Shown here piece after piece: positions 16,091 to 25,748 of a stretch of 27,232 nucleotides of DNA. Source of the DNA: Fidelibacterota bacterium (GTDB taxonomy: Bacteria; Fidelibacterota; Marinisomatia; Marinisomatales; Marinisomataceae); assembly GCA_018672235.1 (NCBI GenBank), contig JABHGE010000005.1, forward strand, positions 1-27,232, in the 5' to 3' direction. The notes under the pieces were generated by a model. The model saw nothing but the letters and a program-made list of their open reading frames with translations, was not told where the DNA came from and made no database searches. The position numbers and the translations under genes were made by a program. Position 1 is the stretch's first letter. Each line of letters starts with the position of its first letter.

Positions 16091-18442
16091 ATGGCTGATT
16101 CTATTAGAATTTTTCAGTTAGCAAAAGAATTGAATATATCTCACAATGATATCGTTGATTTTCTAAAATCTAAGGACATATCTGTAACCAGTCATATGTC
16201 TCCAATTGATCCAAAGACACAACAGGTTGTTTATACTGAATTTGCTAAAGATAGACAATCAGCAGAGAGAGATAGAAAAGAACAGGTTAGAAAAGAAATT
16301 CACGACTCAAAAGTAGTCATGGAAACAAAATCTGTTAAAAAATTCCAAATTTTATCAGTTCAAGAACAAAGAGAGCAAGATAAGGCAAAAAAAGCTCAAG
16401 CCAAAAAAGTAACAGAAGTTAGATCGGTTGCAGATCCTGAGACAAAAAAAGTTGTTCAAATTGTAGAGCCAAAAAAGAAATTAAGAAAAATTACATTAAG
16501 AGAATCAGCTCCTATCGAAGACAAGAAAGAAGTTAAAAAGAATAAGGAAGCAATAAAGAAAGATACTTCTGCAGCAAAAAGACTTAAAAAGACATTAGCT
16601 TCTATGGATGCCAGTTCAAAAAAGAAATCCTATAAGAAAAGTAAAAAAGATTCAGGTAGCGATTTGGGTGATACGCCAAGGTCAGTAGAGTTAGCAGAAT
16701 ATGCTAGTATTGATGAAATTGCAAAAGTATTAGATGTAAGCACTAGTGAAGTAATCGGGAAATGCTTACAACTAGGAGTTTTAGTTACGGTAAATCAAAG
16801 GTTGGCATGGGATGTTATTGAGTTAATTGCTGGCGAATACGATGTTGAGTTAAATAAATACGAAGAAGTTGTAGATGATTTATTTGTAATGGCTCATACA
16901 AAAGAAGAGTTAGTGGGTGCAATAAATCGTGCGCCAGTTGTAACAATTATGGGTCATGTAGATCATGGTAAAACATCTATCTTGGATTATATAAGAGAAA
17001 CGAAGGTAGCTGAAGGTGAGTCAGGTGGTATTACTCAAAGAGTTGGAGCTTATCAGGTTGATCATAATGGTAATAGAATTACCTTTTTAGATACACCTGG
17101 ACATGAAGCATTTACTGCAATGAGAGCAAGAGGAGCACAATCAACTGACATTGTGATTCTTGTTGTTGCTGCGGACGATAGTGTTATGCCTCAGACTTTA
17201 GAAGCTATTAATCATGCAAAAGCAGCAGAAGTGCCAATTATTGTTGCAATCAATAAAATTGATAAAACTGGAGCTAATCCAGATACTGTAAAAAGAGAAT
17301 TATCAGAGAAAGACGTACTAGTTGAAGATTGGGGCGGTAAAATCCAATCTGTAAATACATCTGCTATAACAGGTGAAGGTATTGATGCGCTAATGGAAGC
17401 CATCCTATTAGAATCTGAAGTCTTAGATTTAAAAGCAAATTCTACTATAGAATGCAAAGGAACTGTAATTGACTCTAGGTTAGATAAAGGTCTAGGTGCG
17501 ATAGCTACAGTATTAATTCAAAAAGGAACTTTGAATATTGGAACTCTATTTATTTGTAATAATTACCCAGGAAAAGTTCGTGCAATTATGAATGAAAGAG
17601 GCGAACGTATTAAGACTGCAGGACCTTCAGATGCTGTACAAATTCTTGGATTTGATCAGGTTCCACAATCAGGAGATATTTTTGCGGAAGTATCTAACGA
17701 ATCTGACCTAAAGAAAATTGCAAATGAACGACAAAGAATTAAGAGAGAAATTGATTTACAGATGGTTCAGAAAACATCATTAGATAGTATTTCTGCTCAA
17801 ATCAAAGAAGGCGATATTAATAATTTAAATATTATTATTAAGGCAGATTCTGATGGGTCTATTGAGGCTCTTATACAGAGTTTAGAAAAAATTAATAACG
17901 ATGAAGTTGGAGTAGATATTGTACACAGAGGAGTAGGTAATGTTACTGAATCTGATGTATTGCTTGCTCAGGCATCTAAGGCTGTTGTAATAGGCTTTGG
18001 TGTTCAAGTGCCATCTAACACAAGATTGCTGGCAAATCAAAGCAATGTTGAGATTAGAGCTTATAATATCATCTACCAGGTTGTTGAAGATGTTAAATTA
18101 GCTGTTGAAGGCTTACTGAGACCTGATCTTGTAGAAGAAATTTTAGGAGAAGCTGTCGTTAAAGAATCATTTAAGATTCCAAAGATTGGTTTTATTGCTG
18201 GTTCTCAAGTTGAGAGCGGTAAAATTACTAGAGACTCTTTTACTAGGCTTATAAGAGAAGAAGAAGAGTTAATATCAAAAGGAAAGATAGTGTCCTTAAA
18301 ACGTTTCAAAGATGACGTAGCTAGTGTTGATTCGGGACTGGAATGTGGAATTGCAATTGAAGGTGTTAAAAAGTATTTTCCTGGAGATAGAATCGTAGCA
18401 TATAAAATAAACGAGATTAAAAGAAAACTATCAGACAGTTGA
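16091..18442 (+). CDS. infB: Translation initiation factor IF-2
   Basis: [39 protein letters not shown] motifs. Confidence 0.98.
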   Translation: MADSIRIFQLAKELNISHNDIVDFLKSKDISVTSHMSPIDPKTQQVVYTEFAKDRQSAERDRKEQVRKEIHDSKVVMETKSVKKFQILSVQEQREQDKAKKAQAKKVTEVRSVADPETKKVVQIVEPKKKLRKITLRESAPIEDKKEVKKNKEAIKKDTSAAKRLKKTLASMDASSKKKSYKKSKKDSGSDLGDTPRSVELAEYASIDEIAKVLDVSTSEVIGKCLQLGVLVTVNQRLAWDVIELIAGEYDVELNKYEEVVDDLFVMAHTKEELVGAINRAPVVTIMGHVDHGKTSILDYIRETKVAEGESGGITQRVGAYQVDHNGNRITFLDTPGHEAFTAMRARGAQSTDIVILVVAADDSVMPQTLEAINHAKAAEVPIIVAINKIDKTGANPDTVKRELSEKDVLVEDWGGKIQSVNTSAITGEGIDALMEAILLESEVLDLKANSTIECKGTVIDSRLDKGLGAIATVLIQKGTLNIGTLFICNNYPGKVRAIMNERGERIKTAGPSDAVQILGFDQVPQSGDIFAEVSNESDLKKIANERQRIKREIDLQMVQKTSLDSISAQIKEGDINNLNIIIKADSDGSIEALIQSLEKINNDEVGVDIVHRGVGNVTESDVLLAQASKAVVIGFGVQVPSNTRLLANQSNVEIRAYNIIYQVVEDVKLAVEGLLRPDLVEEILGEAVVKESFKIPKIGFIAGSQVESGKITRDSFTRLIREEEELISKGKIVSLKRFKDDVASVDSGLECGIAIEGVKKYFPGDRIVAYKINEIKRKLSDS

Positions 18443-18786
18443 ATACTAAACCATACTCAAGATCAGAGCGTGTCGAACAGGAAGTTTTAAAAACTATTAA
18501 TCAAATTTTATCAAAAGATTTAGATTTGAGAAAATATGGTTTTTTAACATTTTCATCGGTTAAAATGACTTCAGATTTAAAGCATGCAAGTTTATTCTAT
18601 AGTATTATCAATCCCACAAAAGATTTAAAAATTATCAACAAAGAGTTAAATAAGTTAGTTCCTACATTCAGAAAATATCTATCGATGTCTTTAAAACTGA
18701 GATCTACACCTACTTTGAGATTTATCTATGATGACTCTTTTGAACAGTTTCAAAAAATTAATGAGTTAATCAAAAAAATTGATTAG
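18439..18786 (+). CDS. rbfA: Ribosome-binding factor A
   Basis: RSERV, VKMTSDLKHA, LRSTPTLRFIYD; TTGA overlap with infB. Confidence 0.93.
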   Translation: MNTKPYSRSERVEQEVLKTINQILSKDLDLRKYGFLTFSSVKMTSDLKHASLFYSIINPTKDLKIINKELNKLVPTFRKYLSMSLKLRSTPTLRFIYDDSFEQFQKINELIKKID

Positions 18787-18788
18787 TT

Positions 18789-19430
18789 ATGATATATAAT
18801 ATATACAAACCTAAAGACTTTTCTTCTTTCGGCGTTGTAAAGCAAGTCAAAAGAATTACACGTGAAAAAGTAGGGCATTCTGGTACTCTAGACCCATTCG
18901 CTGATGGCGTTCTGGTGCTTGGTATTGGAAAATCAACTAAAAAGTTATCAGATATCATCCAATACGACAAAACTTATGAAGGCGTAATAAAGCTAGGCGA
19001 AAAAACAGACACAAAAGATTTAACAGGAACGATTGTAGAGGAAAAAGAAGTACCTGAGATTGACAGTATTGACTTTAGCGATATATCAAAATCATTTTTA
19101 GGTGTTCAGATGCAAGAAACTCCTATGTATTCAGCGAGGAAGGTAAATGGGGTAAGACTTTATAAGCTGGCTAGAAAGAATATTTCAGTAAAAAGAAATC
19201 CTAAACAAATTGAAATCAAACACTTGGAATGTACTGCTATGGATAAGAGTACATTGCATATTAAGGTTGAATGCTCTTCTGGAACTTATATAAGGGTTTT
19301 GGCGGAGGATATAGCAAAAAAGATTAATACTATAGGCCATTTGATAAAATTGACACGTACAACAGTAGGGTCTTTCTCATTAGATGATTCATTGACGGTA
19401 GAAAGGTTTGAAGAAGTATGGAAGTCTTAA
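18789..19430 (+). CDS. truB: tRNA pseudouridine(55) synthase, short form
   Basis: KVGHSGTLDPFADGVL, PMYSARKVNGVRLYKLAR, CSSGTYIR. Confidence 0.95.
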   Translation: MIYNIYKPKDFSSFGVVKQVKRITREKVGHSGTLDPFADGVLVLGIGKSTKKLSDIIQYDKTYEGVIKLGEKTDTKDLTGTIVEEKEVPEIDSIDFSDISKSFLGVQMQETPMYSARKVNGVRLYKLARKNISVKRNPKQIEIKHLECTAMDKSTLHIKVECSSGTYIRVLAEDIAKKINTIGHLIKLTRTTVGSFSLDDSLTVERFEEVWKS

Positions 19431-20368
19431 GATCAATTGAGGATATGCAGCCATTAGAATCTTCTGTGATCACTGTTGGAAATTATGATGGGATACATCT
19501 AGGTCATCAAGACGTCCTTAATCATATCGTAAAAATTGCTAAAAAAGAGTCAATTCCTTCATGCCTAATTACTTTTGACCCAAATCCAGCTTATATACTG
19601 TCAAATAACAGCAAACCAATGAACTTGCAGGATATTGACTCAAAGCTTGAGATGCTCGAACAGATAGGTATTGATAAAGTACTTGTTATTCCTTTTACGT
19701 TAGAATTTTCACATATGTCTGCTGAAGATTTTTCAGAAAATATTATTAAAAAACTATTTAATCCTAAGTTGATTTCGGTGGGAGAAAATCATTATTTCGG
19801 ATTTCAGAAAAGAGGTGATTTGGCTTTTTTAACTGAATTTTGTAATCAAAATAATATTGAGCTATATACTCCCGAAATTAGAACGCTAAATGATAAGCCT
19901 ATTTCAAGTACGCTAACAAGAGGGTTAATACGTGATGGAATTTTAGATCAAGTGCCGTCATTATTAGGTAAATTTTATGGTTTTAATGTATTGACAGTCC
20001 ATGGCTCAAATAGGGGAAAATCAATGAATTATCCTACTGCAAATTTTATACCCCTAAGTGAATATCAGATGATTCCAGAAGGTGGCGTATATCTTTCAAA
20101 GGTGTTCTTAGACGGAGAAAAGTACTTTGGAATGACTAATATTGGGTATAGACCAACTTTTAATGAAAAAAAATTTGTTATGGAAGTTCACATTTTATCT
20201 GATAAATTCAGCGACTTATACGATAAAAGATTTTATATAGAATTTTTAAATAAAATTCGAAATGAAATAAAGTTTGAAAGTAAAGAAGACTTAATCAAAC
20301 AGATTGAAAACGATAAGGAAGTATGTATTAAATTGATAGATTCTTTTAAGGAGAAATATGAAGTATAG
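19418..20368 (+). CDS. ribF: Bifunctional riboflavin kinase / FAD synthetase
   Basis: GNYDGIHLGH, ISST, YPTAN, GVY, NIGYRPT, EVH, IRNEIKF. Confidence 0.96.
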   Translation: MEVLRSIEDMQPLESSVITVGNYDGIHLGHQDVLNHIVKIAKKESIPSCLITFDPNPAYILSNNSKPMNLQDIDSKLEMLEQIGIDKVLVIPFTLEFSHMSAEDFSENIIKKLFNPKLISVGENHYFGFQKRGDLAFLTEFCNQNNIELYTPEIRTLNDKPISSTLTRGLIRDGILDQVPSLLGKFYGFNVLTVHGSNRGKSMNYPTANFIPLSEYQMIPEGGVYLSKVFLDGEKYFGMTNIGYRPTFNEKKFVMEVHILSDKFSDLYDKRFYIEFLNKIRNEIKFESKEDLIKQIENDKEVCIKLIDSFKEKYEV

Positions 20369-20627
20369 TAAAGAAATAAGTAAGATTATTCAGGACGCAG
20401 GTATTGACTCTAGTAACGTTGGTAGTAGTGAAGCGCAAATTGCACTTCTTACAGACCGTATTAGATTACTAACAGAGCATGTAAAATTGCACAAAAAAGA
20501 TGTTCATTCAAGACATGGCTTAGTTAAGCTTGTATCACAAAGAAAAAAACAATTGAAGTATTTAAGAAAAACAAAAACAGATAGTTATAATGAGTTACTC
20601 ATTAAGCTATCGATAAGAGGATTATAA
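20358..20627 (+). CDS. rpsO: 30S ribosomal protein S15
   Basis: GSSEAQIALLT, HKKDVHSRHGL; SD AAGGAG inside ribF. Confidence 0.97.
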   Translation: MKYSKEISKIIQDAGIDSSNVGSSEAQIALLTDRIRLLTEHVKLHKKDVHSRHGLVKLVSQRKKQLKYLRKTKTDSYNELLIKLSIRGL

Positions 20628-20637
20628 AGAAGAAAAT

Positions 20638-22713
20638 ATGATAAAAGTAGAAAAAAATATAGCCGGCCGACTATTAAAGATTGAATCAGGCCAAATAGCA
20701 AGACAAGCGGGCGGATCCGTATTCATTACTTATGGAGACACTGCAATGCTTGCAGCAGTATGTTGTTCAGCTGAACCGAGAGAAGGTTTAAACTTTCTTC
20801 CGATGCAGGTTGAATATAGAGAAAAACATTATGCGGGAGGAAAAATACCCGGAGGTTTCTTTAAGAGAGAGGCGAAACCAACAGATGCTGAAGTTTTAGT
20901 TTCACGTTTGACAGATCGTCCAATTAGACCTTTAATTCCTAAGAATTATAGAAATGATTTACAAATTATGTTAACCACAATGTCTTATGATGGTGTAAAT
21001 ACGCCTGATGTAGTAGCAGCGATTGGTGCTTCTGCAGCATTGTTGTTGTCTCCAGTACCATTTGACGGTCCAATAGCGTCTGTTAAAGTGGGATTAGTTG
21101 ATGGAGAATATGTTTTAAATCCTACACTAGAACAAATGGAGTCATCTGATTTAGACTTAATGGTAACTGGTAAAAAAGATAAAATTTGTATGATTGAAGG
21201 TGGTTCTAACTTTGTACCTGAAAAAACAATTTTAGAAGCATTAGACCTTGCAATGGAAGGTATTAATGACATTGTTGATCTTCAAATGGAATTTTCAGAA
21301 CATTTTGATAATTCATATGAGATGGTTGACAATACAGTAATAACTGATGAAGTAATCAAATCTCTTGAAGATTCATTTTCAGATAAGGTTGAAAAATTAC
21401 TTGATATGGACTCTAAGCAAGCAATGGATGTTGCATACAACGAAATTGTAAAAGAAGCTTCGACTCCACATAAAGAAGATGAAAAAATGTATTCCGAAGT
21501 AAAAGAATATGTTAAAACTATGTTTAAAAATGCAGTTAGAAAAACTGTATTAGAGAAAAAAGTTAGAGTTGACGGTAGAGGATTAGATGATATTAGAGCA
21601 ATTAGTATTGTTCCGTCGTTATTGCCTCGAGTTCATGGATCTGCATTGTTTACTAGAGGTGAAACGCAAGCAATTGCTGCGCTTACTTTAGGTAATGCTA
21701 GAGATGAACAGATTATCGATTCGATGGCAAGTGATTATAAAAAATCATTTATGCTACACTATAATTTCCCTCCTTACTGTGTAGGAGAAACCGGAAGAAT
21801 TGGTTTCACTAACAGAAGAGAGATTGGTCATGGTCATTTAGCAGAAAGATCGCTAAAACCTATATTACCTTCATCTGAAGAATTTCCATACACAATACGT
21901 GTTGTGTCAGAAATTACAGAATCAAACGGATCCTCTTCTATGGCATCAGTTTGTGGTGGCTCATTAGCTATGATGAACGCAGGAGTGCCTATTAAAGAAC
22001 ATGTTGCTGGTATTGCAATGGGATTAATCACTGATGGTGAAAATCACGCAGTATTAAGCGATATCTTAGGAACTGAAGATTTCTATGGAGATATGGATTT
22101 TAAAGTTGCTGGAACTAAAGATGGTATTAGTGCCATCCAATTAGACTTAAAAGTTCCTGGACTACCAATGGAAATTTTGTCTATGGCGTTAGAGCAAGCA
22201 AACAAAGGAAGATTGCATATTCTAGATGAAATGAATAAAGCAATAAGTACTCCGAATGCATTGTCTCAATATGCACCACAGATCGAATCTTTCAAGATTG
22301 ATAAAGAGAAAATTGGAGCCCTTATTGGTCCAGGTGGAAAAAACATTAAAGCAATTCAAGAAAGAGCTGAATGTGTTATCAATATTGAAGATGATGGAAC
22401 TGTTAGTGTGTCAGCAGCAGATAGAGCAGCGCTCGATAATGCTATTAGCCAAGTTAAAGCAGTTACTGAAGATCCTAAAGTTGGAACTATTTTTGACGGT
22501 AAAGTTACAAAGCTAATGGAATTTGGTGCTTTTGTAGAATTTGCTCCAGGACGTGAAGGTTTAGTGCATATTTCTCAATTAGCTTGGGAACGAGTTAATA
22601 AAGTGAGTGATATGTTATCAGTAGGAGATCCTGTAAAGATCAAATTATTTGAAATTGATAAACAGGGTCGTTTAAACTTTAGTATGAAATTACTAATGGA
22701 TAAACCTGAGTAA
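20638..22713 (+). CDS. pnp: Polyribonucleotide nucleotidyltransferase (PNPase)
   Basis: GKIPGGFFKRE, RLTDRPIRP, RREIGHG, ESNGSSSMA, GDMDFKVAG, KH and S1 domains. Confidence 0.98.
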   Translation: MIKVEKNIAGRLLKIESGQIARQAGGSVFITYGDTAMLAAVCCSAEPREGLNFLPMQVEYREKHYAGGKIPGGFFKREAKPTDAEVLVSRLTDRPIRPLIPKNYRNDLQIMLTTMSYDGVNTPDVVAAIGASAALLLSPVPFDGPIASVKVGLVDGEYVLNPTLEQMESSDLDLMVTGKKDKICMIEGGSNFVPEKTILEALDLAMEGINDIVDLQMEFSEHFDNSYEMVDNTVITDEVIKSLEDSFSDKVEKLLDMDSKQAMDVAYNEIVKEASTPHKEDEKMYSEVKEYVKTMFKNAVRKTVLEKKVRVDGRGLDDIRAISIVPSLLPRVHGSALFTRGETQAIAALTLGNARDEQIIDSMASDYKKSFMLHYNFPPYCVGETGRIGFTNRREIGHGHLAERSLKPILPSSEEFPYTIRVVSEITESNGSSSMASVCGGSLAMMNAGVPIKEHVAGIAMGLITDGENHAVLSDILGTEDFYGDMDFKVAGTKDGISAIQLDLKVPGLPMEILSMALEQANKGRLHILDEMNKAISTPNALSQYAPQIESFKIDKEKIGALIGPGGKNIKAIQERAECVINIEDDGTVSVSAADRAALDNAISQVKAVTEDPKVGTIFDGKVTKLMEFGAFVEFAPGREGLVHISQLAWERVNKVSDMLSVGDPVKIKLFEIDKQGRLNFSMKLLMDKPE

Positions 22714-22747
22714 TTAAAAATACTTAACTATAGATAAAAAAAATATC

Positions 22748-23848
22748 ATGAAAATTGGCGTTCCAAAAGAGATTATTTCTCAGGAGTATCGTGTATCGAT
22801 CAATCCTGAGACTGCAAAACTTCTAATCGAAAGTTCTCATCAACTATTCATTCAAAAAAATGCAGGAGCTGATAGCGGCTATACTGATGAAGAGTATGCT
22901 AATCTTGGTTGTACTATACTAGATAATACTACAGACGTTTTTCATCAGTCTGATTTGATTGTAAAAGTAAAAGAACCTTCTCTGGATGAAGTAGATCTAA
23001 TGAAAAATAAGATGCTCTTCACATACCTTCATTTGAGTTCATCAAAAGTTTTAACAGAAAAATTACTAGCATGCAATGTTACAGCGCTTGCGTATGAAAC
23101 TGTTGTGATTAATAATGAAACTCCAATGTTGAAACCTATGAGTGAAATTGCAGGTAGATTATCTCTTTTAGACTCTATTGAGCTTCTGAAGAAGAGTAAG
23201 GGAGGTAAAGGAAAATTAATATCTGGAACCTCTCTATCAGACCCAGCAAATGTATTAATTATTGGCGCTGGTATTGTTGGTGTGAATGCGATGCAAATGA
23301 GCTTAGGGTTAGGTGCTAATACAACAATTTTGGATATTAATAATGAATTATTATCAAAAATAAAAACTCAGTATCCGGCAGTGAACATAGGAACTTCCTC
23401 TAAACAGCTTATTGAAGGGTTGCTTCCAATAGCAGACGTTGTTATTGGTGCAGTGTTAACTCCCGGAGCTAAACCACCAACAGTGGTAACTAGAGAAATG
23501 CTTAGTTTGATGCAAGCTAAGAGTATTTTATCGGATGTTGCTATTGATCAAGGCGGTTGTTTTGAAACATCTAAACCGACAACACATAGCGAACCTACAT
23601 ATGAAATTGATGGTGTTATTCACTATTGTGTTAAAAATATACCATCCGCAGTACCATTTACTGCTACAAATGCTTTAAATGAGGCTACAAAGCCGTTTAT
23701 AGCAAGGTTAGCAAGTAATGGGATAGAAGGATTGAAATCAAATAATAACCTCCTTATGGCCTTAAATACGCATGAGGGTTATTTGGTAAACAAAGAAGTG
23801 GCTGATGCTCACGATCTAAAGTATTCCGATCCAAGTAGTGTTCTTTAA
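22748..23848 (+). CDS. ald: Alanine dehydrogenase
   Basis: MKIGVPKEI, KVKEP, FTYLHL, PMSEIAGR, GAGIVG, DVAIDQGGCFETS. Confidence 0.95.
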   Translation: MKIGVPKEIISQEYRVSINPETAKLLIESSHQLFIQKNAGADSGYTDEEYANLGCTILDNTTDVFHQSDLIVKVKEPSLDEVDLMKNKMLFTYLHLSSSKVLTEKLLACNVTALAYETVVINNETPMLKPMSEIAGRLSLLDSIELLKKSKGGKGKLISGTSLSDPANVLIIGAGIVGVNAMQMSLGLGANTTILDINNELLSKIKTQYPAVNIGTSSKQLIEGLLPIADVVIGAVLTPGAKPPTVVTREMLSLMQAKSILSDVAIDQGGCFETSKPTTHSEPTYEIDGVIHYCVKNIPSAVPFTATNALNEATKPFIARLASNGIEGLKSNNNLLMALNTHEGYLVNKEVADAHDLKYSDPSSVL

Positions 23849-23913
23849 ATATTAGCATTAAAGAGTAACTTTAATATCTTGTTTTTATCTACAAAAAATA
23901 ATAACCTAAAGTG

Positions 23914-24261
23914 ATGCTTGAATCAAAAACAAAGCTATACTATAGTATTAAAGAAGTAAGTGAACTTACCGCGCTTAAACCTTATGTCTTAAGATATTGG
24001 GAGTCAGAATTTCCATCATTAAAACCTTCAAAAAATAAGGCAGGCAATAGAACTTATAGGGAGAGAGATATTAATGTAATACTTCAAATAAAGGCATTGC
24101 TCTATAGTAAAAAATTTACGATTAAAGGTGCAATAGAGGAGATGAAAGGCGGTTCTAAGTCTCAACATCTTGGAGCGAGTATCAGTGATGGTGATATATC
24201 GGTTCTTAAAGAAATTCGAAATGAATTAAAAAACATCTTAAACGAATTAAATAGGCATTAA
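23914..24261 (+). CDS. MerR-family (MlrA-like) HTH regulator without metal-binding cysteines
   Basis: KLYYSIKEVS...YVLRYWESEFP.LKP.K...GNRTY...FTIKGA. Start ATG 23914 (GTG 23911 is an alternative). Confidence 0.88.
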   Translation: MLESKTKLYYSIKEVSELTALKPYVLRYWESEFPSLKPSKNKAGNRTYRERDINVILQIKALLYSKKFTIKGAIEEMKGGSKSQHLGASISDGDISVLKEIRNELKNILNELNRH

Positions 24262-24265
24262 TTTT

Positions 24266-25492
24266 ATGGATTCCTCTATAATACTTACATATGCAATTCC
24301 AGTTTTTTTACTACTCATCATCATTGAATTTCTTTATGGTGTTATGAAAGGTAATAATAACTATAGGCTAAATGACGCTTTGACAAGTCTGTCTCTAGGT
24401 TTGATTAGTCGATTTATTCCATTACTAGGCCTAGGTTTTCAATATGTAGTGTATAAGTATGTTGCTGAATATTACAATTTAAAACTATTGAATTTAGAGG
24501 AGATGTGGGTTTGGGTATTTGCTTTTATTCTTTATGATATTTGTTACTATTGGATGCATCGTATCCATCATGAAGTAAAGGTTTTTTGGGCAACACATGT
24601 GGTACATCATCACGGTGAAGAATATAATTTAGCAACTGCTTTAAGACAGACGAGTAGTGGATTTTTATGGAAATGGGTATTCTTTTTACCTATGTTTATT
24701 ATCGGTGTTCCTCCAGAAGTATATGTTAGTGTCGCTGGAGTTAATTTAGTCTATCAATTTTGGGTCCATACTGAACATGTTGGAAGGTTGGGATTTCTTG
24801 AATATATCATTATAACCCCATCTAACCATAGAGTTCATCACGCTCAAAACGATGACTACTTAGATGCAAACTACGGTGGAGTCTTTATTTTATGGGATCG
24901 TATTTTTGGAACATTTATAGACGAAAGAAAAGATTTAAAACCTGTATATGGAACGGTTAAACCTTTAAAGTCTTTCAATCCTTTTTGGGCAAATATCGAA
25001 GTGTTTTATCAGATGGCTTTAGATTCTTATAGAACAAAAAAACTTAAAGATAAATTTTATGTTTGGTTTTCTCGTCCAGGTTGGAGGCCAGATGATGTTA
25101 ATGAGAAGTATCCTCTAAAAAAGAATGATTTAAGTAATTTTGAGAAATATGATCCTCAAATAAGTAATAAACAAAAGATGTTTGGATTTTTTCAATTTAC
25201 GATGATCAACGCCTTAACTGTTATAATGTTGTTCAATATGGATAAATTTTCTTATTCTGAAATGCTATCTGTAGCAGCCTTAGTTGCAACCTTAGCAATT
25301 TCTAATTCTTTTATGTTAGACGGGAAGAAGTATGCTAATAAGGTTGAAATATTTCGACTATTTGGTGTGCTCATATTTTTATATTTTGGATTTTTTACTA
25401 GTTTTATATATTTAATTTTACCTCACACTATTATCACCTTTATGATAATTTTATTTTTATCCAGAGACGATAATTACAGTCTAGCATCATAA
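24266..25492 (+). CDS. Fatty-acid hydroxylase / sterol desaturase family membrane di-iron enzyme, alkylglycerol monooxygenase-like
   Basis: His boxes HRIHHE, HVVHH, HTEH, HRVHH; EYNLATALRQ, NYGGVFILWDRIFGTF; extended C-terminal TM region. Confidence 0.85.
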   Translation: MDSSIILTYAIPVFLLLIIIEFLYGVMKGNNNYRLNDALTSLSLGLISRFIPLLGLGFQYVVYKYVAEYYNLKLLNLEEMWVWVFAFILYDICYYWMHRIHHEVKVFWATHVVHHHGEEYNLATALRQTSSGFLWKWVFFLPMFIIGVPPEVYVSVAGVNLVYQFWVHTEHVGRLGFLEYIIITPSNHRVHHAQNDDYLDANYGGVFILWDRIFGTFIDERKDLKPVYGTVKPLKSFNPFWANIEVFYQMALDSYRTKKLKDKFYVWFSRPGWRPDDVNEKYPLKKNDLSNFEKYDPQISNKQKMFGFFQFTMINALTVIMLFNMDKFSYSEMLSVAALVATLAISNSFMLDGKKYANKVEIFRLFGVLIFLYFGFFTSFIYLILPHTIITFMIILFLSRDDNYSLAS

Positions 25493-25523
25493 AATAATTA
25501 ATACCTTAATTTGGTAGCCAACT

Positions 25524-25561
25524 AAAAGCCTTTTAGTATATAATTACTGAAAGGCTTTTTT
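25524..25561 (+). terminator. Intrinsic terminator (possibly bidirectional)
   Basis: AAAAGCCTTTTAGTA-TATAAT-TACTGAAAGGCTTTT followed by more T. Confidence 0.8.
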
Positions 25562-25600
25562 GTCTTATTAACATGAAAGAAATAGTAGTAACTTTGTTTC

Positions 25601-25744
25601 ATGAAAATGAAAAGATTTTTTAACTCAATTGCAGTGGGAGTGGGAATATTTCTCGCCTCTTTTTTGGTGCCTGTTATTGGTGGAATTATATCTATTCCTA
25701 TGAGTTTAATCGGAGCATGGATGTATTATGATCACAGTAGATAG
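25601..25744 (+). CDS. Unannotated 47-aa small hydrophobic membrane protein
   Basis: Manual translation MKMKRFFNSIAVGVGIFLASFLVPVIGGIISIPMSLIGAWMYYDHSR*; basic N-terminus plus helical-hairpin pattern; locally GC-richer than neighbouring intergenic DNA; fills the gap between a terminator and msrA. Confidence 0.65.
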   Translation: MKMKRFFNSIAVGVGIFLASFLVPVIGGIISIPMSLIGAWMYYDHSR

Positions 25745-25748
25745 AAGT

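Noticed and set aside
15838..16092. Minus-strand Ser/Thr repeat ORF (STGVSTATSS)
   Set aside because: It is the antisense reading of the NusA acidic repeat.
25573..25623. 16-codon upstream ORF MKEIVVTLFHENEKIF
   Set aside because: No SD, no leader-peptide composition, and it overlaps the better-supported 47-aa ORF.
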